From the NCBI GenBank assembly GCA_026026165.1, contig JAPEUD010000010.1:62001-126000 (forward strand): 64,000 nucleotides of DNA, written 5' to 3'. Source of the stretch: Sarea resinae (lineage: Eukaryota). Shown here piece by piece: positions 34,949 through 47,325 of the stretch. Below the pieces are notes generated by a model. That model did not search any database, was not told the DNA's origin, and was given only the letters and a program-made list of their open reading frames with translations. Numbering within the stretch: position 1 is the first letter of the stretch; every line of letters begins with the position of its first letter. The position numbers were made by a program, and so were the translations under genes.

Positions 34949-37900
34949 GGTTCAATGGTTCACGATGGATTCATCCGAAATCGCCGAAATGGCTGAGATG
35001 AGACGAGAAATGCGAGGCCGAGGTAGAATCGATATTGACCAGATTGGGAAGTTGGCGAAGCAATTCATATCAGTAGCTGACGTAAGTGGGTAAGCAAGTA
35101 CCGTTACTCTAGAAAGGTCGAGGGGTATGTCTGAACGCGGGAGGCTTCTGAACCGAACCGGCTATGTGGTGGGATGGAATAGGGAATTGTGGCTGACGGC
35201 CGCGCTGTGGCTGGACTGACAGGATGCCGGCAATATATCCGTACTTCGTAGTACATGTACTCCAGATTGCGTCCTTTTCTTTGAAGATGCGAAGACGTGG
35301 AGAGGTGAATACTACCAACCTTGGAACGCAGCAGTGTCCATATCCATATCATACGGATGGCCATTACAATTCGATACATCCTCACGTGATGATTAAATGA
35401 TAAGGATCCCAGCTCAACAGATGAAGTTGATGGGAGCTGGAGCTGGAGCTGGAGGTCCGTACTCGTGGAGAATTGCCATGTTGGGCACAACAGAACATAC
35501 TAGGTAGCCCTGGTTGTCTGTCTCCTTGATAAGATATCGCCGTCCTACTCCGATCTCTCATCTCCCATCGCCCATTACCTTAGCAGTGTATCATCACCTT
35601 TCGATATCCTCATACTACTATGAGGATATGTTTCTTGGCATCAAAGCCATTCAGCCCTTAAAGGGGCAAACTCCTGCCTCTCAAACCACGAACCATTAAT
35701 TGGATCAGTACATAAGGTAGCCCCGTGCCGTCCCATACCCGACAACAACCTAAGGTAGCCTGGTAAGGCATCCGTATCTAGCCTCGTTCAGCCACCACCA
35801 CCCCTGCGCATCGTCAGAGTCTCAGGCCATCTTTTTTGCTCCCATGCCATCCCACCGGCCAGAGCAGATCGTTCTCTCGATCGCCTTCTACGCCCTTTCC
35901 GCCCTTCTTTTCCTTTAACGGCATCAGCATCTCAAGCCATCATCAATCTATGCCGATTCCGATGTTCGCCTATGTACTCTATGGAACCTACTGCAGTACT
36001 CCGGAGTACTTTGCACATGTCAGTCAAGCACCCCTAAGGCTAAGATCTGACCGAAACTGATGCGGCGACGCCGCAACGACGGCGACGACGACGATACCAC
36101 GTTTCGTGACACTGGTATGGTATGGTATGGTACCTGTCCTCTTCCTATCTAGCCAAGCGTCCGTCCCCAAGTATTCGGAATTCCCCTCCATGGTCACAGA
36201 TCCGGGAACCCAAAATGAGAGAGAGTTTTGCCTGAATATCGTGCACGCTCTGGTCTGAGGCAAAGCACAAGCTAGATGTCGTTGTGGTCTCCGCAGTAGT
36301 AGCCGTAGATGGATGCTGATCTGCAGACATACGCCGGTCGTGATTGAGTCAATGCAGAGTCCCAAATTCATGGAACAAGCCCAACCCTCCGGCACTTAGG
36401 AACATAGAGCTCCTTTAGTCCAAGCACCCTTACGATGATCTCCTTGGGTCTATCCATCAGTAAATGAACAGCAGGCTGTCCCACTATACACGGTCCCTGG
36501 CCATCAAAGGCCGTCCACAAAAGTTGGCTCATCAAAGACGCACTACAAGCCAATAGACGTTTACAACAGCATCGAGCCCCTTTCCTGACGGAACAAGGCC
36601 GAGGCTCCTCTTGAAGTCCCCATTCCTAGACATCAGCTAGATTTCCAGCATCACCAATGGATCAATACTATTTCTCCAGTTGGTATATCTCTTTACCCCC
36701 TTTTGGGAACAACAATAGGGCGCTCAACGCTTGCCATATGCAAGCCCCCAACTCCAGCCGTGCAGAGCGGCCAAAAAGTAAAAATCAAAAAAGAAACGCC
36801 GATGCTCCCAAAACCCCGTGTCAATGGCAGAAGCAAGGAGGAGAAGAAAAGCAAAATGGAGCCCTAGTGGATAGCCAGTCGATCAAACGTTTACTACGTA
36901 CTCAGAGAGAGCTCCTCCGCAGCTGGATCAGCTTAATTAGCTGGCAGGCTGCTCTTGCTCCAATAACATCACTCGTAGAGTAGAAAATAAAAAAAAAGCA
37001 AAGAAAAAAAAAGAGAAAAGAATGGGAAACGAAGATCAATGCCTTAAGGCGGATCATTGCGCGATTTTAGTTGCTGTCCATTATTTACAGCTACACTCTC
37101 ACTCCCCTTACCCACAAGGTGGCAAAACAATGAGACGCCGCCCTTGGAGATAGGTGGGAAGATGGTGGGAAGGCACAAATGAACGTTTTACCGTAATCCA
37201 TGTGTTATCGTCTGTATCCTACAGCAATTAGCTCAGCTGCTCCAAACAAGAGTATCAAATGCCCAGACCTCAGTCACTGCTGTCTAGAGTACTTGTGTTC
37301 ATACTTGGCATTACAGATCGAAAGCCTCTCATCCACTGATACTTCATACATACGACGGTACTTACAGTGCCTCTCATCACCAGCCGGGTCGTTATTCGTC
37401 AGAGAAAAACACCAACCGCGTGACCTCCGCCCACCAGAACTTTCAGTCCAGGTCTCTGACCGATGGCATACCTACCAGGTAGGTAGTTGGCACCCATCCG
37501 GTTGGTCAATTCTCATAATTAGATTCTGCAGGACGCACGCGACGACGAGCGAGCAAAGGAGCGGAAGGAAAATGACATACTCTGACCACCCCCGACCCCT
37601 CCCCTCGCCTCCATTATTCTCAAACGTCCCAAGCTCACGAAGTCGGAAACAAATCCGCCCTCTGGCCCATCCCGGGCCCCCTAGTCGCCTCCATTGTTGT
37701 TTGCGACGGTAGGCCTAAAGTACACCGTTCAGGTAGGTGCGCCAAGGTAGGCAAGGTAGGGAGGTAAGGCTTCCGGGGTCGGGCCAGTAGCGGCCCCCCG
37801 GTGCACATCATCACCGCGGGACCTGAAGAAGAAAATCAGGCGAGGACCGATTCATCCAATGTGAAGTGTATCAGCTTATTACTCGTACGTATGGTATCGA

Positions 37901-39669
37901 CCTCGTACTCTACTCCGTAGAAAGGGCAAGGGGGAGGAATGGGATCCCCGTCTGACCTCTGCACCCATGGCAGAGAGGAGTGAATTATTCAAGAAGTTGC
38001 AGGTCATCTACGGTACCTTGCACATATTCCATCTAAGCTGGCAGCTGGAGGCGCAACAAGAGGCCTGGCGTGAATGACTTAGGTACCCCGAATTAGTATT
38101 AGTCAACCTGACTATGGACGCCCACCAACCTTGCCTTAGGTCCTAAACCTGTACCTACTACTTTACGGAGTACTCTGCAGAGTCTGATCGGGAGCCTTGC
38201 CGCTGCCAGAGAGAGAGAATTAACGGAGCCTTCGGTTGGAATAGAAGAAGAATGGTACGGTACGGTGCGGTCCGGTATCGATACTAGTTGTATTAGTGAA
38301 GGTGTAGAGCAGTGGAGTACTCCGAGTAGTAGGACGACAGGATCTAGGACCATGGTACGATATAGAACGATACCCACGATCCACTACGATACCATCCAGA
38401 CTACGATCCAGTACAGATCCGTAAGGCCCGTAAGACACGCATCCAGAGAGGAGAGAGCTGGACCTCGCATATTGGCTGGCTAGATTGGTAGTGGTGGTGG
38501 ATACGAGGTGTGTGAGTGTGTGCGTTTGTGTGTTCAGTCTTCAGTCGATGATTACATACCTGCTCGAGTAGTACGGGCGGTAGAGATATCACTGTGGTCG
38601 TGCATCAATCAATTCCGAGTGCATGAAAATTATAGCGATGATGATCCGTGCATAAGTTGGTTTGAGAGTGAGAAAGCTTTTCAACAGAGACGAACGCGAA
38701 GACGAAATCTCCTCTTTTTTCCTTGTTTCTTTGCTTTTTCTACCTCCTCTGCTCTTTTGGGGGGTGGGAGGGATGGATCGTCGACCATGCTGAAGTCGTC
38801 AGGATACGAGTACTACATAGTACGTCGTCGTAGTACCGTACCGGTGGTGACATGATCTGCTCAGCGTCTATCCTGGTGCAATTTCCGCCCCTTCACCCTT
38901 CCACCCCCCATCCGCCTCCCATATCCTAGATTTCCACTAAAGAGCAAGGTACTCGAGCTACAGAGTACCAATACTTTCGTACAGGGCTGTGTGCGTGTGC
39001 GTGTGCGCTGCCTGTGCGACCAGTCGCGCAATCGCTGTTATACGGAGTAGAGTCCTTTCTTCGTAGTAATCACGATACCCTCCTCCAAGCAGTCAGCCAT
39101 TGGCGTGAATATAGTTGCATCAGAGATTAAGCCTCATCGTCTCGAGGGGAAGAAGGTTTTTCTTTCAGATGATTCAGATGATGCGCTGACGGTCTGAACA
39201 CAGAATGCATAATCCCTTATAGGCCGCCACCACATCCCCGCAAGCGCGTTATGTGTGTGGTGTTGCTTGCTTGGCTGTCCGGCTTGCTTGTCTTGCTTGC
39301 TTGCTTGCTTCTTCCAGGTCCTGAATTGAGAACCCAGGGTTCTCCGCCTTTTCCACTCGCTCGGATCCATTCACACACCTCTCCAGATCCAGGTAGGTCG
39401 GTCGCTTCCCCAGATTATTACCCATCCGATGCCCAACTTGTGCGACGAAACATCACCCCATACACATCACTACTTTAGTAGCCCTTTTGAGGCACTGCCC
39501 GCCCAACCTGCTCTGCCTGCCCTGTCCATATTTCATTCGACGCATTCGACGCACGCACACACCCACAGCACATCCCTTCGTCTCAACCTCATTATCATAT
39601 CTGCCTGACGAAGCTGTCTTTCCTCGGATCACAAATGCATGACGCCCTTTTCTCCTGGCGGCCAGTACG

Positions 39670-40506
39670 ATGCTACGCGGCCAAGAAATAGTATCCTCCA
39701 TTTCCAGCACCGCCGCGTCGACCGTGCCGGATTTCTTCACCTTCACGACCGGTCCGACGCGGGCTTTCCATTTCTCTCTTCCGATGCTGCCCGACCCGGA
39801 CGAAGCCGAACTCTGCCATCGTCATTCGAAACGGCTGCGACCTCTGACCGACGTGGACGGTGAAGGCTCTGAGTCCTTGCAGAAGAAGAAACGCCGGCTT
39901 CGATTGGCGCTCGTGACGTCGCGACTGAGCCGACCATACGCCGATCCCGCAACGCATATTGTAGATCGTGGGATCTCCAAAATAGCCGTCTGGGCTAAAC
40001 AGAGAGCGCTTGGGAGGAACCTTCTGCGGAAAGCCGCCATCATGAATCTCATCCGGAGAAGGGCCGTCGAGGCCAAGGAAACGGAGCAAAGACGGTTGGA
40101 GGAGGCTCGCCAGGCCCATCTGTACGATTTTTCGGCAGCTTTGCAGAACTGCAACCCGCTGACGACAAGTACCAGACGGCATCAATTATCGACCGCACAG
40201 ACTCCTCGCCGGCAGTACATCCCATTGCCCCCGTCGCCGCTCGGCTTGTCCAATTACGATGCACTCGACCTCGAAGATGAAGTCCACGACTCGGCCGACG
40301 AAGAGGGACAGTCAATTTATAGCGACTTCAATTTCCTCGATCCTTCCGAGCCAGTGGTGGACGACTATGACTCGCTGAGAGATCTGGATGCATTGAACGA
40401 GGTCCCGCAAGAGCGACGTCCTCCGACACCTCCAGATGAGAAATCCATTGAAATGTTGAGGGAAAAGGAACGGCAGAAGGAGTTATCATTTGTCCACTTT
40501 GGTTGA
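39670..40506 (+). CDS. Conserved-looking fungal hypothetical protein
   Basis: KKKRRLRLALVTSRLSRPY.DPATHIV...KIAVWA, LPPSPLGLSNYDALDLED, IYSDF. Probable 54-nt intron 40122-40175. Start could be 39670 or 39784. Confidence 0.75.
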   Translation: MLRGQEIVSSISSTAASTVPDFFTFTTGPTRAFHFSLPMLPDPDEAELCHRHSKRLRPLTDVDGEGSESLQKKKRRLRLALVTSRLSRPYADPATHIVDRGISKIAVWAKQRALGRNLLRKAAIMNLIRRRAVEAKETEQRRLEEARQAHLYDFSAALQNCNPLTTSTRRHQLSTAQTPRRQYIPLPPSPLGLSNYDALDLEDEVHDSADEEGQSIYSDFNFLDPSEPVVDDYDSLRDLDALNEVPQERRPPTPPDEKSIEMLREKERQKELSFVHFG

Positions 40507-40714
40507 AGGTTCATTTGGCGGAGTCGAGATCGATTCTCAGGGTCTTTGTATCGCATCTCAGTGGTTATCGGATATGGTCGGAGTACGGGTGGTGGTAACC
40601 TGTGGGATGGTGTTTTATGTGGAAACTCAAAAAAAGGCATTGGGGCGGCAGAGGTGTATTTTCTGTATTATTGTGTTCTCATAGTATGTGTACGTTTCGA
40701 GGCCACGTTCTGAG

Positions 40715-41371
40715 TTAAGCCGAAGTGAGCTTTTTCGACCGATCAGCAGCAATCTCGCACATAGCCTAGGCTTTTCGTTAGGAATTCCACATTGCACTTG
40801 GGGTAGTCGAAGTACCTTGATAGCTTCAGCCTTCTCCGCCTTGATATCGCCGCGTTCGATCCTTTTGTGCATGTCCACCATGATCACTGGTCTGCTCCGT
40901 CCATTGACAAAAACCCTATGTCGCATTCAACGTCAGCAGAGCCCCACAACAAGGGAACAACTTCAGAGGCCTTTACACATAGCGTAGCCCCAGGAACCTT
41001 TGCTCATATTCATCGTTCAATTTTCTCAACTCCTCGGTTTCACTCTCGTTCTCTGAGTTCAGCCGCGCCTGCTCGGCCTTGCTCTGGGCACTATCAACCT
41101 TTTTCTCGCCCAATCGTGGATGGGCACCAAGGATCTTCACAAGCCAGTCTGCATCGCTCGTAGATGGGGAGTCCAAGAGCTCGGTGAGTTGAATGCCAAT
41201 GCTTGCAATGAGATCATCGTAGGAGGAGAAGGATTGGGACCGTAAGAGCTCGACTGAAAGGGTGTGTAGGGGTATACTGGGTTCAAAGAGGTGGTCTAGT
41301 ATCGTGGCTCGCTCGACGGTGGATAGCGTTGACACTGTAGAGATTGTGGGGAGGCGGTAAGTTGTTGCCAT
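40715..41371 (-). CDS. OHCU decarboxylase (urate catabolism)
   Basis: LDHLFEPS, ILGAHPRLGE, SKAEQ, LNDEYEQRFLGLRYV|VFVNGRSR, |AMCEIAADR. Two introns. Confidence 0.92.
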
Positions 41372-42297
41372 GGCTGATGAATGTCTTCGCTACGTCTCCA
41401 GATTGACCAAGCGTGCCGAGCCAAGACGGCGAAGTGCTGCTGAATACGGTCAAAGAATAAAGACGTCGTAAGAGGTAGATCGAATGATGCGCACAAGGAA
41501 AGATCAACTGCTGGCAAATTGCACGTCGATAGTAGTCACTACTATTGGGACTCTACGAAAATGGTAGACACTGGGGATGCCCGATGTACGAAGTACTTCG
41601 TAGATTAGGTGCCTAGGTACCTAGGTAGGTAGCGAATTTACCTTGGTGTAAAGTACCTAACGTACGTAAGAATGGTGGGATGGCCTACAGACAGTTGGCA
41701 CTTGTGGTGGAGCATAGAACCAGACCCGCACAACACCAATCAAAGAGTCAAGAGTCAAGGACTAGAGTACGATCGTGAGTACTCATTTGGAGAAGAACCC
41801 TTTATGTATAGATCCCAAAGTAGTAGCTCATGATATCAATTTATTCCCACCCAGTGTCAACCGATGGACAACAAAAACGCCCTTGCTGCACGTCTTGCTG
41901 TCCATGGCTCGATGCCAATCTCCGTACTGTTGGTTCAATCGTACCAGAGCACGGCACAACCATAAGCAGTAGGTTCCCTTCAACAGTCACAAAATGTATT
42001 CATACTGATCTAGGTATGCAGAAGTACATGAGCTACAGCGGGTACAGGGTGCGGCTTAAACCAAACCGTCATGCCCATGTGTAAAAGAAGGGGGATATCG
42101 TATCCAGAACACCAGTCAATCAACGAACCGCGCTCAAAAAGTCGTTGGTCAAAAGGAAACACGATGCAATTGGAATTGAATCAAGGATGAGATATGAAAG
42201 TATAGTCCAAGTGCCTCGCATCTCTCCGGAAAGTCTAACGAGAATAGTCGCTTTTTGAAGTTCCATTAAAACATATGAAAGTTTGGAGAACGGCAGC

Positions 42298-45200
42298 TCA
42301 GTAGTTGGAGTTGTTCTGCCAGATTCGGTAGGAGTCGCACAGGACTAATCAAATTCGCGTCAGTACACTTGGAACAGACGGCCCCTCAATCTAAGCTGGA
42401 AACCTACCCTGAAGTAACCGCGCTTGACCAGTTATATTATCACAGGCACATTGTAATGTGCTGCCATCGCAGAAGTCTAATATGACGCCTAGCAAACTTT
42501 GTCAGCGATACGAGGAACGTAACTGATGCATGAAACTCACTGTTTGGCATTTCTTGTCTGTCTTGATCAGGGGCGAATGGCCGACGGAAGTCAGAGAGAT
42601 GGTAGCGCCTTGTTATAGCTCGTGATTTCTAAAACAGTCAGCCTAATCTTAGTCTAGGGTCAAGATGATCCTTCGTGACTCATACCTCATCTGCCTTCGC
42701 CAGACTTAGTTCTAGATAGCCTTGCGCATCAATCTTTAGAGCCCTGCGTTTCCAAAGCTTCCGAAACGTCAGCCAATCTGAGCCTTGAAAAGGATAAGTC
42801 AGAATAAACCTACCAAAGTATCAGGAAATTGCACATTCACTTCGCCCACTTCGATTTCAGCAGTCCGCTGCTCGATTGAAGATTCAATTTCAAACATTGG
42901 CTCCTCTTCTTGCAAAGTTGGGCTGATAGCATGTATCAGGCTTTTTCGTGATGCATTTGAGATAGAAGACATTCGTCGAAGCAATCGGCTTTTGCGAGAC
43001 TCCTTCTTTTCAACGGCCGGGTCGTAGGCTGTATTGGACGGCTCACTTGCTATAGAAGGAGACCTAGCCTGACTTCGACTGCGGCTAGAAGTAGATTGCC
43101 TACTACTAACAGAAGGTGGTCGAGTCAATGTTGGCGAGGAAGGAACAGACTTGGGAGAGGGACTAGAAGGAACGATAAAGGAGCGTTGATCGATGCTCGT
43201 GGGTGTCGACTTTGTCTTTTGACGGGAAGATGTGGCCTTCTGATGTTCAATCATCAGTGGGCTCTCACGGAGCTCTCCCGGATGAGCATTGCCAGTGACG
43301 ACCACCATGTCAGCCTTCTGTGAGGTTGGATCCCTGACTATGCGTGCGGTGACGGAAATTGACTCTGGTCGAGACTTGCGTGGCTCGCGAGGACTCTCGG
43401 GTGCTGGGCTTGGATGATGGGGAGCAGATGACGGTTGTGACTGATGAGCGAAGGTATCTGAGGATGCTGAAGTCGAGGGAGAGGGCGCAGGTTTCGCAGT
43501 AGGTTGCTCTTGAGCGGCACTTTGGCTTAGTGCAATAGAGCTAGATCTTGAATGATTCCAGAGTGTCGAATTTCGAAAAGCAGCAAAAGGAGAGAAAGAA
43601 CTAGAGGTTGGTGTCGAAGGAAAATTAGGGGCTACCGGGCTTGACTCCCGACTAGTACGCATTTCGAGGGCTTTGATCCGCTTGGATATTCCAGAAGAAA
43701 CATTTATTTTCTTTGCTACTGCAACGGGAGGGTTGGGTGACAGGAGGTCAGACTGAAATTCCGATCCTGTGTGACTAGGTCTTCGAAAGTTCTGTGAAAT
43801 GATTGAAGAGTTGCTCGGGCGGCGGTCGCCCATATCCCTAGGAAATAGTGGGGACCTGGGTGATTTCGAGACTGATATTGGCTTTGCTTCCTGAACCTCG
43901 GCCCTCTTCAACTCTTCCATGAATGAATCATCCGAGAGAAAGTTGTCTTCGGAAATATCAGCTGCTTCCGCGCTGACGGGATCCCAAATGCCGCGGGTCC
44001 CGCTAGCACGTTTAGTTGATCTGCCAAGGCTGCTCTCGGCACACTTTTCATTTTGAGCGGGCGAGCCCTCGACATGCACGTCTGGTTCAGAAGGTAAGCT
44101 GCTCTCTTCGATGTCGACTTTGAGCGTGGGAACTTCATCTGTGTCCCCCTGTATATTTCTCGAGATAGTACTGTTATCTATACCAAATGATGCCTCGTTC
44201 TGCTGATGCTGCCGCCCAGTCGGCAAATGCGTGTCTTTGACAGTGCTTTCTGTGGCTGAAGAGGATGAACTGGGGAGCTGGGGGGTTGCAGATGGAGAGT
44301 CATCATCCGACGATAATTCATCCGATGACTCAGGTAAGGCGAATGATTTCTCCATTGTCGAAGGTGTAATAATCTCGGGTTCTTCCTTGGGGATTGTTCC
44401 TGCTGCCGTCTCGGTATCGTGGCCTACTCCCTGTCTATTTTCTCCTTCGCCGAGAGATAGCGATGCTCTGGGTGAGAGATCTTCGACACCCGTCGTCACC
44501 ATTTCTTCGGATTTATCAATCTGGGAATCGGGCCCTTCGACTGGCGATTGCGCGCCACGGCTGATATCCGGAGTAGGATATATCTCGTGGGACGACGCTA
44601 TCGCTTCAGTCTGAAAGCTCTCGGAAGCTCCAGAACGATGGGATGGGGACTGCATTGAAGCGCCAATCTTCGGGGAAGCAGCAATCATGGCTCCACTGCC
44701 AAGCTGCGGTACATTTCTTGCCTCTTCACTCTCAGATCTCGAAGGAGACTGAGACCGCGCCATCGCGGCGCGTGCACTCATCTGCTTCTTTCGAAGCTGC
44801 AGGGCTTTCATAAGTCTTTGCTTCTCTGGTGTCATCCCGGGGGTCCTTGGTGACGAGGAATGTAGCGAAGCTGAAGAGGAGAGGACGCTCCCAGGACTCG
44901 AGATCGGCCTGATAGGTGTGCTCTTGTGCATCGCTGGTACCTCGGGTACAGGAGGTGGTAGAGGAAATGTAGAAGGATCGATCGAGGATTTTGATGACTG
45001 CGACGACTTCGGCCGGACTTGTCCGCTCTTCCGTTGTGCCGCACGTAAACCAGCTGGCAACGTCGCCACAGGCCTAGATGTGCCCGATGTATGCGGACGA
45101 CCACTGCTGTCAAGGGAAGGTCGCGGACCTAGTTTGACCTTGGGTTTCGGCATGTACGGATTGTAATTGGGATCATATAATTGGCTTGTGGATGGCCGAG

Positions 45201-46155
45201 AATAGTGAGGCATCGAAACGGCATCCAAGCTTGGTCTCGACAATGGGTCGAACGGGCGTATTGTCTCATCTGAAATTCGGAGATCCAGAGGCGGAGCTGT
45301 TGCTGCGGTTGTCGAACGTTTGAGGTCGAGAGAGTCGTCGGCAGGACCCGAACGCATGGATTCGGGTTTGAGATCCTCTCTATCAGAACTGCCAGGCACC
45401 GTCACCCCATGTCTTGCATTCATCTCTTCGTCTTCGACAATCTCCGGTTCGCCCTGAGCGGAAGCAGTATTTGAAGTCGACTCATATCTGCTGGCTGCAG
45501 TCTGCCCTTCCTCGGCATCTTCAGCAATCTCAACGAGCCGTTGTCGCCGTAGGGAGCTATTGGAGGAGGACGTGGAGGCTGAGGCTGTATGCAGCGAACA
45601 AGCAAAGGAAAGCTTCGTGTCCTTGAGATCCGATGGACTCGTGAAGTGAAATATAGTATCATAAGGACTGAACTTATCCGTAACCGATTGAAAGTGCACG
45701 GAGACACGCGCTATCTCACACAGCATTTAGCAGAGGCCCTGTAATTTGCGGTCTGGATATTTCCCCAGACTTTCCTGCCCACCCCATAGGAAAGTATGGC
45801 TGCTTGCTTACCTTGAAGAAGTCGAGAAGTCCCCTCAGGTATGTACCTAATCAACACTTTTCTGCGCCGGTATTGGATGAATCCGTACAACGGCGAGGCC
45901 TCGGTGAACTGGCCTATTGCTTCCCTGGTCTCTATTACGCCGCCATTGCCCCGACTCAACAGACCTACTTCGTCTCTGGATACATACTTCAGAAGAAACC
46001 TTCGGTGGCACGGATTGTTAGCAATGGTCTTATCACGACCCCGGAGGCTAGAGGCGGATTGAGAGAATCGGAACAGCTTACCATCCCCCCGGCTCCTTCG
46101 AAGCAGCTTCGTAGGCCTCACTGATTTCGGCGGCATCCAGTCCATTCAAGGACAT
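42298..46155 (-). CDS. N-terminal ADF-H-like domain, long Ser/Pro-rich linker, C-terminal PH-like domain
   Basis: MSLNGLD...GGW|FLLKYVSRDEV...PLYGFIQYRRRKVLIRYIPEGTSRLLQ|ARV. C-terminus GEVNVQFPDTL|LWKRR...|VILDFCDGSTLQCAC...|VLCDSYRIWQNNSNY*. About six introns. Confidence 0.8.
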
Positions 46156-47325
46156 GTTGATCTGGTCGAATTCTAAGACCGCAGTTCACGGTGATAGCAC
46201 CCGTTGTCGCTTAGGCTGGTCTGCCTGCCGAGCAGTTCAGGGGCCCTCGACGAATCGTCAGACGGTGCACCTCGGGGACATTGAACAATGGCCGGCGGCA
46301 TAAGGATTAGATTGCCAGTGTCGTGACGACAACTGATCGCTATAGAGTATGACAGGGCGAACAATGCACAGTTGACTGACACGGTGGAAGAAGCGCCATC
46401 ACCGTCGTTTTCTTCCAGGTTCGTAATGGAGCGTGGATGGCGAGCAGCGACCACGCTACAGGTAGTGAGTGACCCGTCCTAGCATTTCCTAGCATGACCT
46501 TTTTGGCGTCCCGCGTCAACTGCAAGGCACAGGCACAGCATTAGAACTAGAATACTAAGGTACTTACCAGAGGTAGAAGTACTCTGAGCACCTTAGCCGA
46601 TACCTGATCTCCGCAGTCGACGAGCTACTCTGGAGGTACTCTCTACCTCAGGCCAAGGTCTCTCACACGTCTTCTCCTGTTCGATATCAGACTGGCCGAG
46701 GTACACAGTACCAAAACGTCCGAGTACATCCAAGTACCCAAGACCCCTAATCGAGAACGTGCCCGGCGTTCATACGAAGGAATCATGGAGAAGGCGCCAC
46801 GACCCGTCCAGACAATCCGTCCAGAGATGGAACTGAGATTCGGCTACTCAACGTACGAAGTACTACGTAGTACGACCCGGAGGTCGATGATGGTGATACA
46901 AACCAAATCGGCATTACTTATCAGTCCAGCTAGCATTCCTCACGCTGGCCTTAAGCTTATCATGATTGAGAGTGCCCGCGAGAGTCACTGAGCTGCCGAT
47001 CGAGATCCTGAGCCGTATCCTACGTTCTACACAGGCTGTATACTAGATCGTATATTTTCCATTGTGCGGAGCATTGTACGCCTACTCATTTGCACAATGG
47101 CCGACACGCAAACGGCAGCTCCATTGCCACAATGCATATTATTTTCCTGTCCAATGTTGATCATTAAAGCAGTATAGCTTGCTCGTTTGTGTCTTGCCTT
47201 ATGGTACAACAAACAAGAGCCGCAAAGAACAGGACCCATTTTTATCTCGTTGACAGCAATGAGGAAATTCGCCAGGTCATCAAATGGCAAAGCTCTTTAC
47301 CATGAGGTCAGAAAGTCTGCTTGCA

